64,000 nucleotides of DNA from the human T2T-CHM13v2.0 reference genome, Homo sapiens: NCBI RefSeq assembly GCF_009914755.1, contig NC_060947.1. One strand, given 5' to 3'. A program made the translations under genes and the position numbers. Numbering within the stretch: position 1 is the stretch's first letter; each line of letters opens with the position of its first letter. Positions 46,266 through 60,560 of the stretch are shown here, piece after piece. Below the pieces are notes generated by a model. The model worked only from the letters and a program-made list of their open reading frames with translations, searched no databases and was not told the DNA's origin.

Positions 46266-48399
46266 ATTATCTTTAAGTAAGTAAACCCTAGGCATTTGGG
46301 ACTGATTTCTAGAATGCTCTTAATCTAAAACTCTCCAAAGTGTAGGTCAAAACTTTTCCATAATAGTGTGCATATTTTCTCCCCATTGCTCCTTTATCAA
46401 GTACTTGGGAATTAAGGTAAAGAATATTTGGAAGAATTAAAGTGGGGTAGACTTCCTGCATATCTCTCAGGGGTCAAACACACCTGTTTGTGGCCACTGA
46501 CTTTCGCAAAACCATCTCATCTTTGGCCTTGGGCACACTCTGTCGTCTGAACACCTCTCAACAGAAGGTGCCCTCCTCACTACACTCCAAGACTTCCCTT
46601 TCAATCCAACTGAAAAATTTGAATCTATTAAGAAAATACGCTTTTTTGGAAGCTCTTAGAAAACAATTACAGTGAAACATGTTTCTCTCTCTCTCTCTCT
46701 TTTTAAATTTGTACCATCAATTGGAAAGGGGCTTTGAGACACTATACTACCATTGCCCTTTTGATTCCCTCTCAAATTTGAAAGCTTTATTTATGATGCA
46801 AAAATAGCCATCATGATTAATTGGTTTTTTCAAGTGTCTATCATTTTTCACCAAGGATAACTGCTATGATTAGCAAGAAGAACCTCCATACAAATCTATT
46901 TAATCATCTAAAATTCATATTTGTTTTAAGGATGACTGTTATTTTGACTGATAACGTAAAATACTACTATGATTTCAGCGCAAAGTTAAAGTGTGAAGAA
47001 AAGTAATACAGAGGTTGGCATAACCATCAAAGGGAATTTCTTAAAGAATATAGAACAAATTCAACTACAGAGTAGAGATTTATTATTTACTAAGATCTTA
47101 AAACATGCTTTTTAAATTCTGATAACGAAAATATGACATAGAGTTTGCTATCCTAGTTTTACAGTTGAACAAACTGTAATAGAATAGATCCTAAAATTTG
47201 TGCAGGTTGTCAATAACATACAGGGCAAGGTTTTAGATGCCTGACTTTAAACAAAGCTCATGCTATTTCTACAAATACAAGAAAACCAGAAAAAAATATT
47301 CACATAGTCTTAAAGCTTCTCTATATTTCAGGAGGGGGTGAAGTAACTGAATTATATTAACAGTGTTCTTTACCATGATACCCAATTCTTGTCATGAATA
47401 AAAGGTGATGTTCAGAGATGTCATCAAATAATTGACAAAAAAAAAAAAAGGATAAGAAAAAAGGAATGAAATAAGGTAGTGACCAAACCTTCCCTTTTTA
47501 TCAGTGATCAAAATCCTTGCTTTTACATATTTATAAAATCCATTCTATTTCTCTGGATGTGTAATGAAAGAAAATGAATATGTATGTTCATTTCTAATCC
47601 ATTTGAAATAACAAAAGAGATGGCATTCTGAGTCCACATTCTCTTTCCAGATTTTAAGTTTTATAATTACTTACGTAACACTATCAACGAATAGGACAAT
47701 AGAATACAAACAAAAAGTGAATCCTTTTTAGAAGACAGTTTGAGTACAAACTGCTATATATTATGTACTACTCTTTAAAGCTCTCATGCAGATTTTAATA
47801 ATTAATCAATATTCTAAATATAAATTACTATATGTAAAGCAGTAATCTATTTTTATAAATAAAATGATTTCGTAGAATGCTGTGTTAAATTCTTTCCCTC
47901 AGACAGTTGCTCTAGAGAAGGAATGGCTGCTTGGACCCTGGTAGGTACATCATGGTGAGAGGCACAAATGTTATCCTGGTAACAACTTCACAAATTATAG
48001 ACATAGTGCGAAGAGAAAAGATTTCTAAAAGATTAATTTGGTAAAAGCATATGTAGAGAAATCAAGTGACTCAGAGGGACATACACATCCAACTAAGATA
48101 ATGTTCTCTCAGCTGTGCTCCTCAAGATGCTCTACACAAATGGTTTCCATGGAGAAATCACTGAGAAATACTGAGCTAACAATACTAACATTCCTAAAAG
48201 ACTTTTCAGTGACCTTACTATGGAGATGTACATCATAGATTGCTAGGATAGGCAACGTCTATGCATGTTTTTCAGCTTATTTGACCTTTTCATGAGGATC
48301 ATGTATGAACACCTGATGAACCTGGTTTTCTGTAGGACAATTTTGGAAATGTTGAGATCTTTTATCAACTAGAAATGATAGTATATTTCCTAGTCAAAA

Positions 48400-49080
48400 T
48401 ATTTTTTAACCACTTTATTGATTTCTTAACCACTTTATTGACATAAAAAGCTATACACATTTAATGAACACAGCTTGATGAGTTTCGAGATAATTACAGT
48501 TATGTGCTGCATAAGGACATTTTGATCAATGGACCACTATCATGTGCACAGTCTGTATACATGTAGGACAGTGGTCCTATAAGATTATAATATTTTTCTG
48601 TAACTTTTCTATGTTTAGATGTGATTAGATACACAAATACTTGCCATCGTGTTCCAATTGCCTGAAGTATTCAGTACAGTCACATGCTGTACTGGTTTAT
48701 AGCCTAGGAGCAATAGGCTATACCATACAACCTAGATGTATAGTAGGATGTACCATCTAGGTTTGTGTAAGTACACTGTATGATGTTTGCACAACAAGAT
48801 CAATCAGCTAACCATGCATTTCTCCGAATGTATATCTGTTGTTGAGCAATGCATGACTGTATACCCCTGTGAAATCATGTCCAGAATCTATGCCATAAAC
48901 CTATGCATCACCTCCAAAATTTTTCTCTTACCTTCCTTATTTACTATTATTTTTGCATGTACGATAATAACAGGTAAAAAAAGATTTACTCTCTTAGCAA
49001 AGTTTTAAATATAAAACATTGTTAACTACAAGCCCTAGGCTGTACAGATTTGTAGGACTTATTCATCTCATATGACTGAA
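48400..49080 (-). mobile_element. Old L1M 3' UTR fragment hosting a Tigger3-type MITE
   Basis: gacataaaaagctatacacatttaa...cttgatgagttt and catcacctccaaaatttt. Confidence 0.55.
48497..48859. mobile_element. Tigger3a/MER7-like non-autonomous DNA transposon
   Basis: Inverted termini cagttatg / catgactg flanked by TA. Internal tagcctaggagcaataggctatacc. Confidence 0.8.
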
Positions 49081-49093
49081 ACCTAGTTAGTAT

Positions 49094-49335
49094 TTTTTTT
49101 TTTTTTTTTTTTTGAGATGGAGTCTTGCTCTGTCGCCCAGGCTGGAGTGCAGTAGCCTCCCGAGTAGCTGGGACCACAGGCACCCACCACCACGCCTGGC
49201 TAATTTTTTGTATTTTTAGTAGAGACGTGGTTTCACCGTGTTAGCCAGGATGGTCTCAATCTTCTGACCTCGTGATCCGCCCGCCTCATCCTCCCAAAGT
49301 GCTGGGATTACAGGCGTGAGCCACCGCGCCTGGCC
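49094..49335 (-). mobile_element. AluY with an internal deletion of about 59 bp
   Basis: Poly(T), AluY diagnostics, TSD cctagttagtat (49082-49093 / 49336-49347). Confidence 0.92.
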
Positions 49336-50029
49336 CCTAGTTAGTATCTTAATACTCATTATTTTCCATTTTAACGGCACAAAACAGCTGAGATTATGAG
49401 AGACAAGAGTGGTTATTCTTATTAGAACAACCATAGAAGGAGGGCAATATCTACAAGTTTGGGCCATGGGGTGGTGCTGCTATGAATAGACTACGAATGG
49501 CCATGTAAATATTGGGGTTTGTGACAAAAGATAGGAAAGCCTATCTCAAGAAGGAAAAAAAAGTGTTACAAGAAAGGCAACATTGGCAAGGAAGAAAAAC
49601 TTGATCTTTAAAACATGTTATTCTAAACAGACTATATTACTTGTTTTCTTGTTTGATTATCATTGCTAGAACTGGTAATGTTTTTATTGCTCAGTGTATA
49701 CTTTCTCTTGAACTCAGTGGGTTTATTTGGGTCTTAATAATTCAGAATATAAAAACTGATGACCTAATACCACGTATATTGATGCTAACGGACATGTTTA
49801 GAATTTGTCAGACTATGTAAGCTATTATGAAAGTTACTGCTTTCTCTTTCTCCAACATAAAAATATTCAGAGGCAGAAAGATAGACATGAATAATAGAGT
49901 TTTTTCTCCATTTTATTTCCTTGATTTCTGAAACAAATTTAAACAGAACTAAGAAGACAGGAAAACAATCACATCATATTTAGCTAAGTTAAAACTGCTT
50001 ATGTCCAAAGAAGAAAAATGTGCATTATT

Positions 50030-50937
50030 AAGAGTATCTTGGCTAGCATAGCCAGCTGCCTATCCGATACCCTTTCTTTCCTTCTTAGCTAAAAAAATCC
50101 AAATTCTGTTCAGACTAGCAAGGTTTTATAACTAAGTTACCAATTTTCACATTTTGAATTATGAAGAAAGAAACACACCTATTCAGTTAAAACACTCAAT
50201 CCTCCCAAGATCCTTAGAAGTTAGGAATGGTCACGTGACACATTTCTGGTTAATGCACTGTTCAAGTAGAAACTCTTCTGTGTGGGGCTGCCAGAAAAGC
50301 ACTGGTTTTCCTTACAAACAGGAGCTGACACAGCTGGAATATGCTTTTACTTTCCCCATTTTCCCTTCTTCCATTTTAAAGTACAGACATAGTGCCTGGA
50401 GGCAGAGTAGCCATGTTGAGACCACAGGAAAAAAAGTCTTGCTGGGCACGGTGGCTCACGCCTGTAATCCCACCACTTTGGGAGGCTGAGGCAGGCAGAT
50501 CATGAGGTCAGGAGATCGAGACCATCCTGGCCAACATGGTGAAACCCTGTCTCTACTAAAAATACAAAAATTAGCTGGGCGTGGTGGTGCGTTCCCGTAA
50601 TCCCAGCTACTCAGGAGGCTGAGGCAGGAGAATCCCTTGAACCAGGGAGTCAGAGGTTGCAGTGAGTCGAGATCGCGCCACTGCACTCCAGCCTGGCGAC
50701 AGAGACTCCATCTCAAAACAAAAACAAAAACAAAAACAACAAAACAAAACAAAAAGAAAGTCTCATGTTGGAGATGACTGGGGTTGGAGGAAAAAGTTGG
50801 GACATACGGTTTTGGAGGTGCTGCACTGACCCTGGAACACATAATTCTGGAAGTCTTGCTCTATGAGAAAAAGAAACTATCTGGATAAGCCACTGTAGTG
50901 AGAATGCTGTCACGCATAGCTAAACACAATCTTAACA
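50030..50937 (+). mobile_element. Old MaLR LTR (MLT1J/K-like) split by an Alu
   Basis: agttaggaatggtcacgtgacacatttctgg and taagccactg...cacaatcttaac. Confidence 0.45.
50441..50757 (+). mobile_element. AluSc-like with (AAAAAC)n tail
   Basis: gagatcgagaccatcctggccaacatgg and cctggcgac. TSD approx. aaagtct. Confidence 0.9.
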
Positions 50938-51432
50938 GAGTAAACTGGAAAAAAAAAATCCTTTAATTTCTAAAATTCTTAGAGTGTCTAAAATTATGAT
51001 TGTTTTTGCATCGATGCAGTAAATTTAATTCTCAGGAGACTTTCATTCATCATTGACCAAAACAAGACATGAATCATATTGCATTTAACAGTTAAGATAA
51101 ACATATATATGAATATAGCTCTATAAAATGTTGTCATATTCCAAATACTAAGTAAAACTAGTAATCTGTGAAGATAAAGTAAATCAACAATATTTATAAA
51201 GCACCTAGTACATCTTTAGCGGCTATGTCAAATAGAATATTACACCTTCCTTTACAGGAAATTTAAATTTATTTCGAGGACCAGAAAATAACAATCTAAA
51301 AAGTCAAATGACAACATACATTTGAAAAGAAAAGTTCAAGACAACAGAAGCAGCTTTACAAGAAAATATATAGTTAAAGGACAAAATGATTTTGGACTGA
51401 ATCATTGATGAAAAAGACCAATACATATTGGC

Positions 51433-51716
51433 AGCCGGGCACGGTGGCTCACGCCTGTAATCCCCGCACTTTGGGAGGCCAAGGCAGGTGGATCATGAGG
51501 TCAGGTATTTGAGACCAGCCTGGCCACCATAGTGAAACCCCATCTCTACTAAAAATAAAAAAAATTAGCCGGGTGTGGTGGTGAGTGCCTGTAATCCCAG
51601 CTACTCAGGAGGCTGAAGCAGGAGAATCGCTTGAACCTAGGTGGCGGAGGTTGCAGTGAGCCGAGATCGTGCCACTGCACTCCAGCCCGGGCAACAGTGC
51701 GAGACTCCATCTCAAA

Positions 51717-51753
<37 letters not shown>
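51433..51753 (+). mobile_element. AluSg-like
   Basis: ggatcatgaggtcagg..ttgagaccagcc. Degenerate TSD gacca(a/g)tacata(t/c)tgg. Confidence 0.9.
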
Positions 51754-51999
51754 CGACCAGTACATACTGGAATTAACAAAACAACCTTTACAGAAAAGGC
51801 AGGAATAAATCTCAAAGGCTTCAAGCTGTGACATACCAGTCAACTATATAATCATTATATTAATCAACTTTAAGGAGTGTGAAGAAACCTTAAGTCATTG
51901 GTATGGTTAATAATTGGATTTGGTCAGAACTCACACCTTGAATGTTTGCATGGTCCTCACCTACAAAGTTTCCAAATGTTAAAATAAAATATATCCTCA

Positions 52000-52321
52000 T
52001 TTTAATTTATTTATTATTTTAGTTTTATATTTTATTCTTTTTTAGAAATGGAGTTTTGTTCCATTGCCCAGGTTGGAATCCAGTGGCGCTATCATAGCTC
52101 ACTGCAGCCTCGAACTCCTGGGCCCAAGAGATCATGTCACCTCAGCCTCCTGAGTAGCTAAGGCTACAAGCCCACACCATCACAGCCAGCTAACTTTTTA
52201 TTTCATTTTTTTGTAGAGATGAAGTCTCACTCTGTTGCCCAGGTTGCTCTTGAACTTCTGGCCTCAAGGGATCCTCCATCCTGGCACTGATATTACAAGT
52301 GTGAGCCATTGTGTCTGGACC
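52000..52321 (-). mobile_element. AluJ
   Basis: atcatagctcactgcagcctcgaactcctggg. Heavily diverged. Confidence 0.85.
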
Positions 52322-54411
52322 CGTCCTCATTTTCATTTAGAAAACAATTGTACTGTAAAATCTCATTATATATAGCTTCTTGCCTGCTTGCATTCTTTCC
52401 AACTACTGATCTTTGCCCCCAGTAAATGTCCTCTTCTAGTGCCTAACATCTATTACATAACTTAAAAAAATCAAACTTGAGTAAGTGTGGTAAAGTGGCA
52501 GGCTAATTTTTATGTAGAATTTCTCAGAGGGGACTTCTGATTCTATCTGTGGAAGCATTTCATTACTTTCGTATAATATAACATGACAGAAAGCTTAGCC
52601 TCAATGAAGTTGCTACAGGTTATTTTCCCTCTCACTACAATCTACTTCTTTCACATTTAGGGAAAAAATATGGGATTAAGAGTAAATTACTCTCTCCAAA
52701 TTACTCTCTCCTCTCCACTTTCTTAAGTATAGAATCAACTCAATTTATCTATATGCTTTTGGCAAAAATCGTCTTCATGGATTTAATTTTTTTTAATTTC
52801 TAGTTTGAGTGTTCAAAAATAATTCTGGAGTTGAACATAGATTAACTTGATATGGGGGAGGGGTTACATTGGTCATTACAGTTTATTTTGCTTCCATAAT
52901 TGAAGAGAGAAGATGACAGTTAAATCAAAGCATTTCTGTTCTTGAAATAAATAATACAGTATATATTCTTTTCTTGAATAAATCATAGGAGATATATAAT
53001 TCTTAAATATTATGTCACTTGTTTACACAGAATATAAAATATAAAAGTAAGGGAACTGAAAGCATTTGTGAATTACTAAAATTGTATTCAAAGTTATTTT
53101 TATAAATCGAATAAGAAATTGACTCAAATCATTTTAGAAACCGTGGCATTATTTTTAATGAATTCTTTAAAAATCATAAAAGCACAATCAAATCCTGTTG
53201 CTTTTTTTTTTTCAAAAACAATGCAGCCATTACTACCTTGGAAATTACTGATCAATTCATTTATGAAATTTAAAAACATTAAAACATATGCAAAAATCAA
53301 CTTTCACTCCCAAGTTATTGAATAAAAATCAACAAGATCCCTGGAAAGATAAACATAGCTTAATTTTCATCTATATGAAAAAGGCAGGCACATATTTAGA
53401 ATAAGAAATCACAATTGATCAGTTGATTTATTCATTCTAATACATATATGATTGAAACCACCATAACACTTTTTTCTTTTGTGGCCATGACTGCCCTATC
53501 TTTTATGTTTTTCTTATAGAGGATACACTCTAAAATTAGGGCCTATCCCTTTTTAATTTTTGTTCCCTAAGAGCAGATAACACTGATGCCTTTCACCAGC
53601 AAGTGTTCAATAAATAACAGATGAATGTAAACTCAGTATTGTATCAAAAGCTCTTAAAAGACAGTCAATATATTTCTAAAGAATCCTTATGACACTGTAA
53701 CTCGAGGTATCAAAAGTAAGCACTTGAAGGAGGAAAGAAAATACTAGTAGTATTTAATTACAGACTATTAAAATATCTACTTAATGTATACGTTAATTTT
53801 ATATAATATGTATCACTTTAACATAAGTAACCATATACATAAAAGTGTGGATACAGGTACAGAAACACTTTTACTAATAGTGATGTGTGATCACTGCCTC
53901 ATCTTATTCACACTTATTCACTATCATACACAAGGAAATCAAATTTAAATCCAAATTATTACTCTAGTGTCTCTTTCTATTCTCCTTTCTTAATAGTCTT
54001 CAACCTGACTCTAGAGTGCTTTGTAACATGGGTTTCAAAGACAATTTGTTGAACGAAGGAATGAAAAAAACAACCATATACCTAACATTAACATTAGTTA
54101 ACATTACCCTAACATTAAAGGTAATAATAAGAAAAATTTACATCATAACACACTGTAACTTCAATTACAGACTTTAAGGACCAAAAGTTATGGTGAAATG
54201 GAAAGCCTAAAAGGCAGGTCCTAAACTTTAGGGAACAATAACATTATATAACTTTCAGAAAATTAAAAAAAAACCTTATTACATTGCTTTCCTGTAAGAA
54301 AGTTAGAGAAGACCCAGATTCTACGTATTTCTATGAAAACAATAAAAATCACTCCATATAAAGGAGCCCTAACTAGATCCAAGAAAGGAAATTTGTAAAT
54401 AGAATTCTCTA

Positions 54412-54708
<297 letters not shown>

Positions 54709-55020
54709 CAGAATTCTCTATTTAAACACAATGGCAAACATAAACTTCCTTATCAGAATCCCACTGGTATTTTATGGAAAACACAGTACAGTGACTTCCA
54801 TCAGAATTCATGTAAATATCCTGGATCAGTTTTGCTTGATAAGATTTTGACAGAAAAGTTTACAGTGAATTGAATTAAAATATAATAAGATACACATTTC
54901 CATTCATAGACTTTGAAATGTGTAGTTTAGTATAGTTTATAAGTTTATGTAGTTTCTTTAAGAAAAAAGCATATGGTATCATTTTCCATAAAAAGGTAAT
55001 TAGGAGACTTAGAAAATATG

Positions 55021-55024
<4 letters not shown>

Positions 55025-55070
<46 letters not shown>
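55025..55070. repeat. (TG)23 microsatellite
   Basis: Seen directly. Confidence 0.95.
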
Positions 55071-55075
<5 letters not shown>

Positions 55076-56458
55076 AACTCTATGACCTTTTTATTTAAGG
55101 GGCGGTTTATTTTTGTTATGACCAGAGAATATAAAATAAGTCACATTACTGACACTGACATATCTTTACATCCTTCGTTGAAGATAATAGTGGATTTGGT
55201 CTCATTAGGTAAAGAAAGAAAATTATATAAATATGGATCAGTCATCCAGATGGTCGCAAGCTGTCTACCAGAGACATGTACATTTGTTGGAAGATAATTA
55301 AAGCACAAAATTTGTAAATATCTTCAGCCAAACAGATTACAACATTAATTTCTTAATTAATTTCTTAATTGGTATTTCTTAAACAAGTTTGTGCAGAAAT
55401 GAAATGATGAGATGAGAAGGGCTGGATTGTTGATCGATGAAAGAGAAAAACAGAATAATCAATCTCCTCACCCTAAGATGACTGTCACCCAACCTCGTGA
55501 AATCCATTTGATGCCCATGGAAATAAACCATGTTTGCTTTGTTTTGTTATAATTTGGATGGAGAAATGAGATGTGTAAGAAGTTGAGGGGGGTGGCTGAG
55601 GAAATAGAAAAGAAGTAAGAAACATTATCTATTCCCAAGAGGTCTGGGGGTCTGGGTTTATGTTAGGACAATTACATTTACTAAGTGACTTTAGATCAAT
55701 TAACTAAATTGTCTATAACTTCTCTCATTTGTTGAATAAGGGAAACTATTGTAATAGCCACTTTCTGCTGGGTTTGTGACAACAGAATAAAACCAAGAAA
55801 CATTCTGTTTTGTATTGCTTTTAGTTTAAATAGCCAATGCCACTTTACCCACACATTGTCCCATCAATTCTTCCAGGGCTATACTACACAAGTTGTTTAG
55901 TAATCAGATTTTGACTGAATCTATTCACCAAAAGTTATAATCAGAATTATTCTGTAGCTAATTCAAATGCTTTTTGTGTATAGACAGAGTTTTAAAAAAT
56001 CATAATTTTTAAGTACTTTGACCTTAACAACAACAACAAAAATTAAACTCATTCAAGTAATTATGTCCCATTTAAATATACACTATACCCACTAAAACTG
56101 CTCATTCAATTTTTAGATAATGAAATCTCCCAGGTAACAGTGCAATGTGTGGTTAAAAATTAATCTTGAACAATGCTATTATCATCTTGTCCAGACTGGC
56201 CAATTTGTCTCAACCCCAATCTGGAAAGGTCTTACTGGAGGATAAAATGCCTTTGCCAACTCAATTCTTTATTCAATACAAGTGCAGTGGTTGAGATTTT
56301 GTGGTGAATTATCCTGAACACCTGGCCAAACGGAATTGAAAAAAAAGACTACAATTAACTCAGCACAGGCAATCAGACACCAGTATTATGAAAAATAATA
56401 TCATATGGCCATCTAAATTCTATTTGTTGATAGCAACACTAGTCTCCACTGCTGGGAA

Positions 56459-56719
56459 CCTCTCTTCATATTTCCCCCTCCACCTTTCTCCCTCCTGTCT
56501 CCCACCATCCCTCTTCCATTTCCTCCTTTCCTCACTCCTCTTTTGTCCTCTTTAATATTCCTTTCTTGTCTTTTTTTCTTTCCTTGCTACCTTTCTTTTG
56601 TCTTTTCTCTCTCCTTCCCCTTTTTCCTGCTTTCCTTCCTCTCTTCCTTCTTTTTTTCCCTTTCCTCCTCCTTCCTTCCCTTTCTTTCCTCCCTTCTTTG
56701 TTCTCTCCTTCCTTTCCTT
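56459..56719. repeat. About 260-bp CT-rich low-complexity tract
   Basis: Almost pure pyrimidine on the plus strand. Confidence 0.85.
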
Positions 56720-57672
56720 AAGGGTCAGATTTAGTAATCACTCTCAAAGCAAAACCCAGGACATATTTTTCCCTTCATTTGATAGATTATGTCAAAAAAG
56801 AAAACTGCTAATTCTTGTCAAATATTGTTGTTTCAGAGCAATTTTACTTATGTTTATGTGATGAAACAGAAAAAGCATTTTTTAATCAGATTTCTCCGAC
56901 ACTAAGCTATAAAGTACAAATCATCCACTGCTATTGATTCACAATTCTAGAAATTAAACTTTGAACTTCATGTGTGCTTTACTTCTAAAGGCTTAATTTG
57001 CATATTTCACATCTCTATTCTTCTAAAAGATAATGGTATATTTTCTACTGTCTAAAATGAAGCAGATTTGCTTAATTTTTTTAAATGGCTGTATTCTTAA
57101 AACTTAAAAAAATTAAAGTTGTAATTGTAGCTTCCATTTTTTTCACTGAATATAATTCACTTAGTAAAAATTATTTTTATTTCAAAATGGAAGCAGCTCA
57201 CCATTTTCTAAAATAATACTTTAATCAAGCAATACATACTAAAGGGGACCATAAGCTTTTCACCAAATATGTTTTCTGAGTTCAAAGTCTAAAGCTAGTG
57301 AAAGGTTAGCTTACTTGAATGTCATGTCCTTATACCCCTTCTGTGGCAAATATTTCAATTACTGCACGTCTAAGGTTTGGTCTGAATCTCATAACTAACT
57401 TTGCCTTGAGTCATAAAATGTCTCATTGCATTATCTTATCTATCTTCTGGTGCTTTGGAATTATAATCCTCACATTCCAGTCTTTGTTGAATATGAAGTT
57501 TCCTTATCACATTGCATTCACATTATCCATCAAGCTATCCACATTTATTGAGAACCAATTACTGTACGTGTCATGGTCAAACAAATTTATATTTCAGGTA
57601 TTGGTATATGAATGGTCTTTATTTCAGGTCTACACGTTGTGAAGTTGAGTAGATGAACCTGTTGCTTTAGAT

Positions 57673-57889
57673 CAGCTGTATCCAATCTTTTGGCTTCCCT
57701 GGGCCACACTGGAAGAAGAATTGTCCTGGGCCACACATAAAATACACTAACACTAATGATAGCTGATGAGCAAAAAAAAGTCACAAAAAGTATCTCATGT
57801 TTTAAGAAAGTTTACAAATTTGTGTTGGGCCACATTCAAAGCCATCCTGGGACGCATGTGGCTCACAGGCCATGAGTTGAACAAGCTTG
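57673..57889. mobile_element. MER30 hAT-Charlie MITE
   Basis: tccaatcttttggcttccctgggccacactggaagaagaattgtc. Perfect 8-bp TSD ctttagat (57665-57672 / 57890-57897). Confidence 0.88.
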
Positions 57890-58419
57890 CTTTAGATCAT
57901 AATAATTACCTCCTACAAATCTCCTTTATTTGCTCTATCCTCCAACTTATTCTACATGTTCTTGACTGAGTTCAGTGGACAATTATTGTTTAGTGGTTGG
58001 TCAGAATCATTTCCTTCTTCTATTGTCAATAGAACCCAGTTTCTATTCAGGAGAATTGCCTTTCCCTAATTTTGAGACTTTGGGAGGAGAGGGATTTAAA
58101 TCAAAGTTTTCTGCTCCCTTCTAGCTCATGTATTAACATGTGACCCAAACAAGGTGAACTGGACTCTCTTTTAAGACTTTAAAATTTGAACAGAGTTACA
58201 CACAGGATGGAGAAAAGAGAGTATCACAAACAGACTGGAATACTTCTTGCTAGCCACATGCCCAGAAAGGCATGCTCAGATTCTTTTTCCTTTTGTAAGT
58301 TTTGTTCCAATGCCTTTGTGCTAATTACAGCACATTTACTTTCTGCCTGATTTAATCAGAGAATGATTTCTGTTGCTTGCATCCAGAGAGCTCTAATTGA
58401 TAGGCAACTAAACTATATG

Positions 58420-59035
58420 TGATGATTTTATTTTCCTGTTTACAATCCTTTCAGAGTTGCCACTGCCTGTAGGCCATCATCAAAATTCCTCAGTCTGGCA
58501 ACAAAGGATTCCCATTATTTAGCCCCAGTCCTCTCTATTCAACCTCATCAATTTCTTCCTCATCATATACCCTTAACTTCAGCCATATGGAATCACAATT
58601 CCTCTGATATACTCTGTTTTTTTTCCACCTCAGTGAAAAGCACAGTCTGTTCCCTCTGCCTGGATTGCCCTTCTCGTTTTATCTAGCTAGGTAATTCCAA
58701 CTCATTCTTTAATGCCTGGCTTAAGTTTTTCCTTCTTCAGGAATATCTCACTAGCATCCATTCTCTCTCCTGGCTTAGTTTTCCCTGAAGAAAGCCCCAA
58801 CAGCATCACCCACACAATATCAGAGAAGTTGAAAACTATGAGGTTTAAGGGAGAGGACTCTGGAACCAAACTGCCTGAGTTCACATCTCATCATTGTCTT
58901 TCTTCCTCGATCTCAGGCAGGTTATTATCCTTACTGTGCCTCTCTATCTACCTCACAGTAATGTTGTAAGCATTAAAGAATTCACGTGAAGTACTTAGAT
59001 CAATGACTGGCATATCATATGTGTTAGCTATTATC
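58420..59035. mobile_element. L2 fragment followed by a MIR
   Basis: ctgttccctctgcctggattgcccttc (L2) and actctggaaccaaactgcctgagttc (MIR). Confidence 0.5.
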
Positions 59036-59676
59036 CTAAAATTTATCTCTATCATAGTGTTATTATTTTCTTCCTTCAACCTCTTTTACCTGCACATTCT
59101 ATGTTGTACAACTTTATGTTTCCCAGGTACTTAGTGGCAGCTCAATAGAAGTTGGTTAAAATAATAAAAATGGATAGGTGTTAGTAAAGTTTTTTTCAGT
59201 TTATAAAGCCCTTTTGGAATTTTGCCTAATTTTTCACACATCAAACATTAAAGTTGGGATTGCTTTATTTAAAACTTTACATAAAATTGATATTGATTTC
59301 CTGAAATTATAACAAAATCCTCCCCATACTTACTTATCCTTCTTATTTCCCCTCTCACACACATTTGTTTAATGATTATTTAGGGCCATTTTACCGACAA
59401 TTTGGTGATTGAGGCTATAAAAGCCAAGAACTGACAATGTCTTTAAGAATTATTTTTTAATATAAGAGGAAGAGGCAGGCAAAGCATCCCCCTATTCAGC
59501 AAGCAAGAGAAGGGAGATTAGATTTTTTTATAAATATGTAATATATGAACATTACATATCATTATATATAATATGCTATATATACTATTTTAAAAATATT
59601 TTTATATATACCATATATAATTTATAAATCCTGTATTTTTGTGTCTCAGAAATGGCTTTTGATTTTTCCCCCTAAA

Positions 59677-59969
59677 TTTTTTTTTTTCTGAGATGGAGTC
59701 TCACTCTGTCACTCAGTCTGGAGTGCAATGGTGTGATCTCAGCTCAATGGAACCTCTGGTCCAGGATTCAAGTGATTCTCCTGCCTCAGCCTCCCTAGTA
59801 GCTGGGATTATAGGCATGGGCCACCACACCAGCTAATTTTTTTATTTTCAGTAGAGATGGGGTTTGGCCATGTTGACCAGGCTGGTCTCAAACTCCTGAC
59901 CTCAAGTGATCCACCTGCCTCAGCCTCCCAAAGCGCTGGGAGTGCAGGCGTGAAACATTGCACCTGGCC
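59677..59969 (-). mobile_element. Diverged AluS
   Basis: Reverse Alu dimer, ctcctgacctcaagtgatccacc. Confidence 0.88.
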
Positions 59970-60319
59970 CTCTACATTAGTTTTTGACCTATATTTAAAG
60001 ACGATCTCTGTGAGGGGGCATCAAATCAGTAGTCCTTTCTGAAAAGGACACATTTATTTAGAGAACTCTGGAGACTACTGAGCACATCAATGGCTTCCCT
60101 AAATGCTGGACTCACAAACCCGTCACAAGGAAGTGTGGACTTTCTCTCCCAATCTATTATCTGGTAACTTCTGCAGGAAGCTATGTCAATGGTAGACTAG
60201 GCTACAGAAGCGGAAACAAGCTCTCATTTCCATATAATATTATGATGTGATATACAGTTTGCATAATACAAATGCCATCATTGGTTAGATTTCTAGAGTT
60301 CGTGGTGGAACCAAATATA

Positions 60320-60560
60320 ATTACTAACATTTGTTCAATACTAGCAGTAAGCAGTAAGCAAGGCAAAGTGGGAAGCATTTTTCATGTACCAACCAACTTA
60401 ATCCTGATGACAAACTGCAAGGCAGATAGTACAACTATCCCCATTTTATAGCTAGATAAACTTGGGCTCAGGTAGGCAGAATAACTTACTCAAGGTCACA
60501 CAGCTTGGGAGCCAAGCTTTGAACCCAGACAATGTAACTTCAAAACCTGGGCTTTAAACA
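60320..60560 (-). mobile_element. MIR (contains copy 1 of the 65-bp repeat)
   Basis: tatccccattttatag, aacttactcaaggtcacacagct, tttgaacccagac. Confidence 0.7.
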
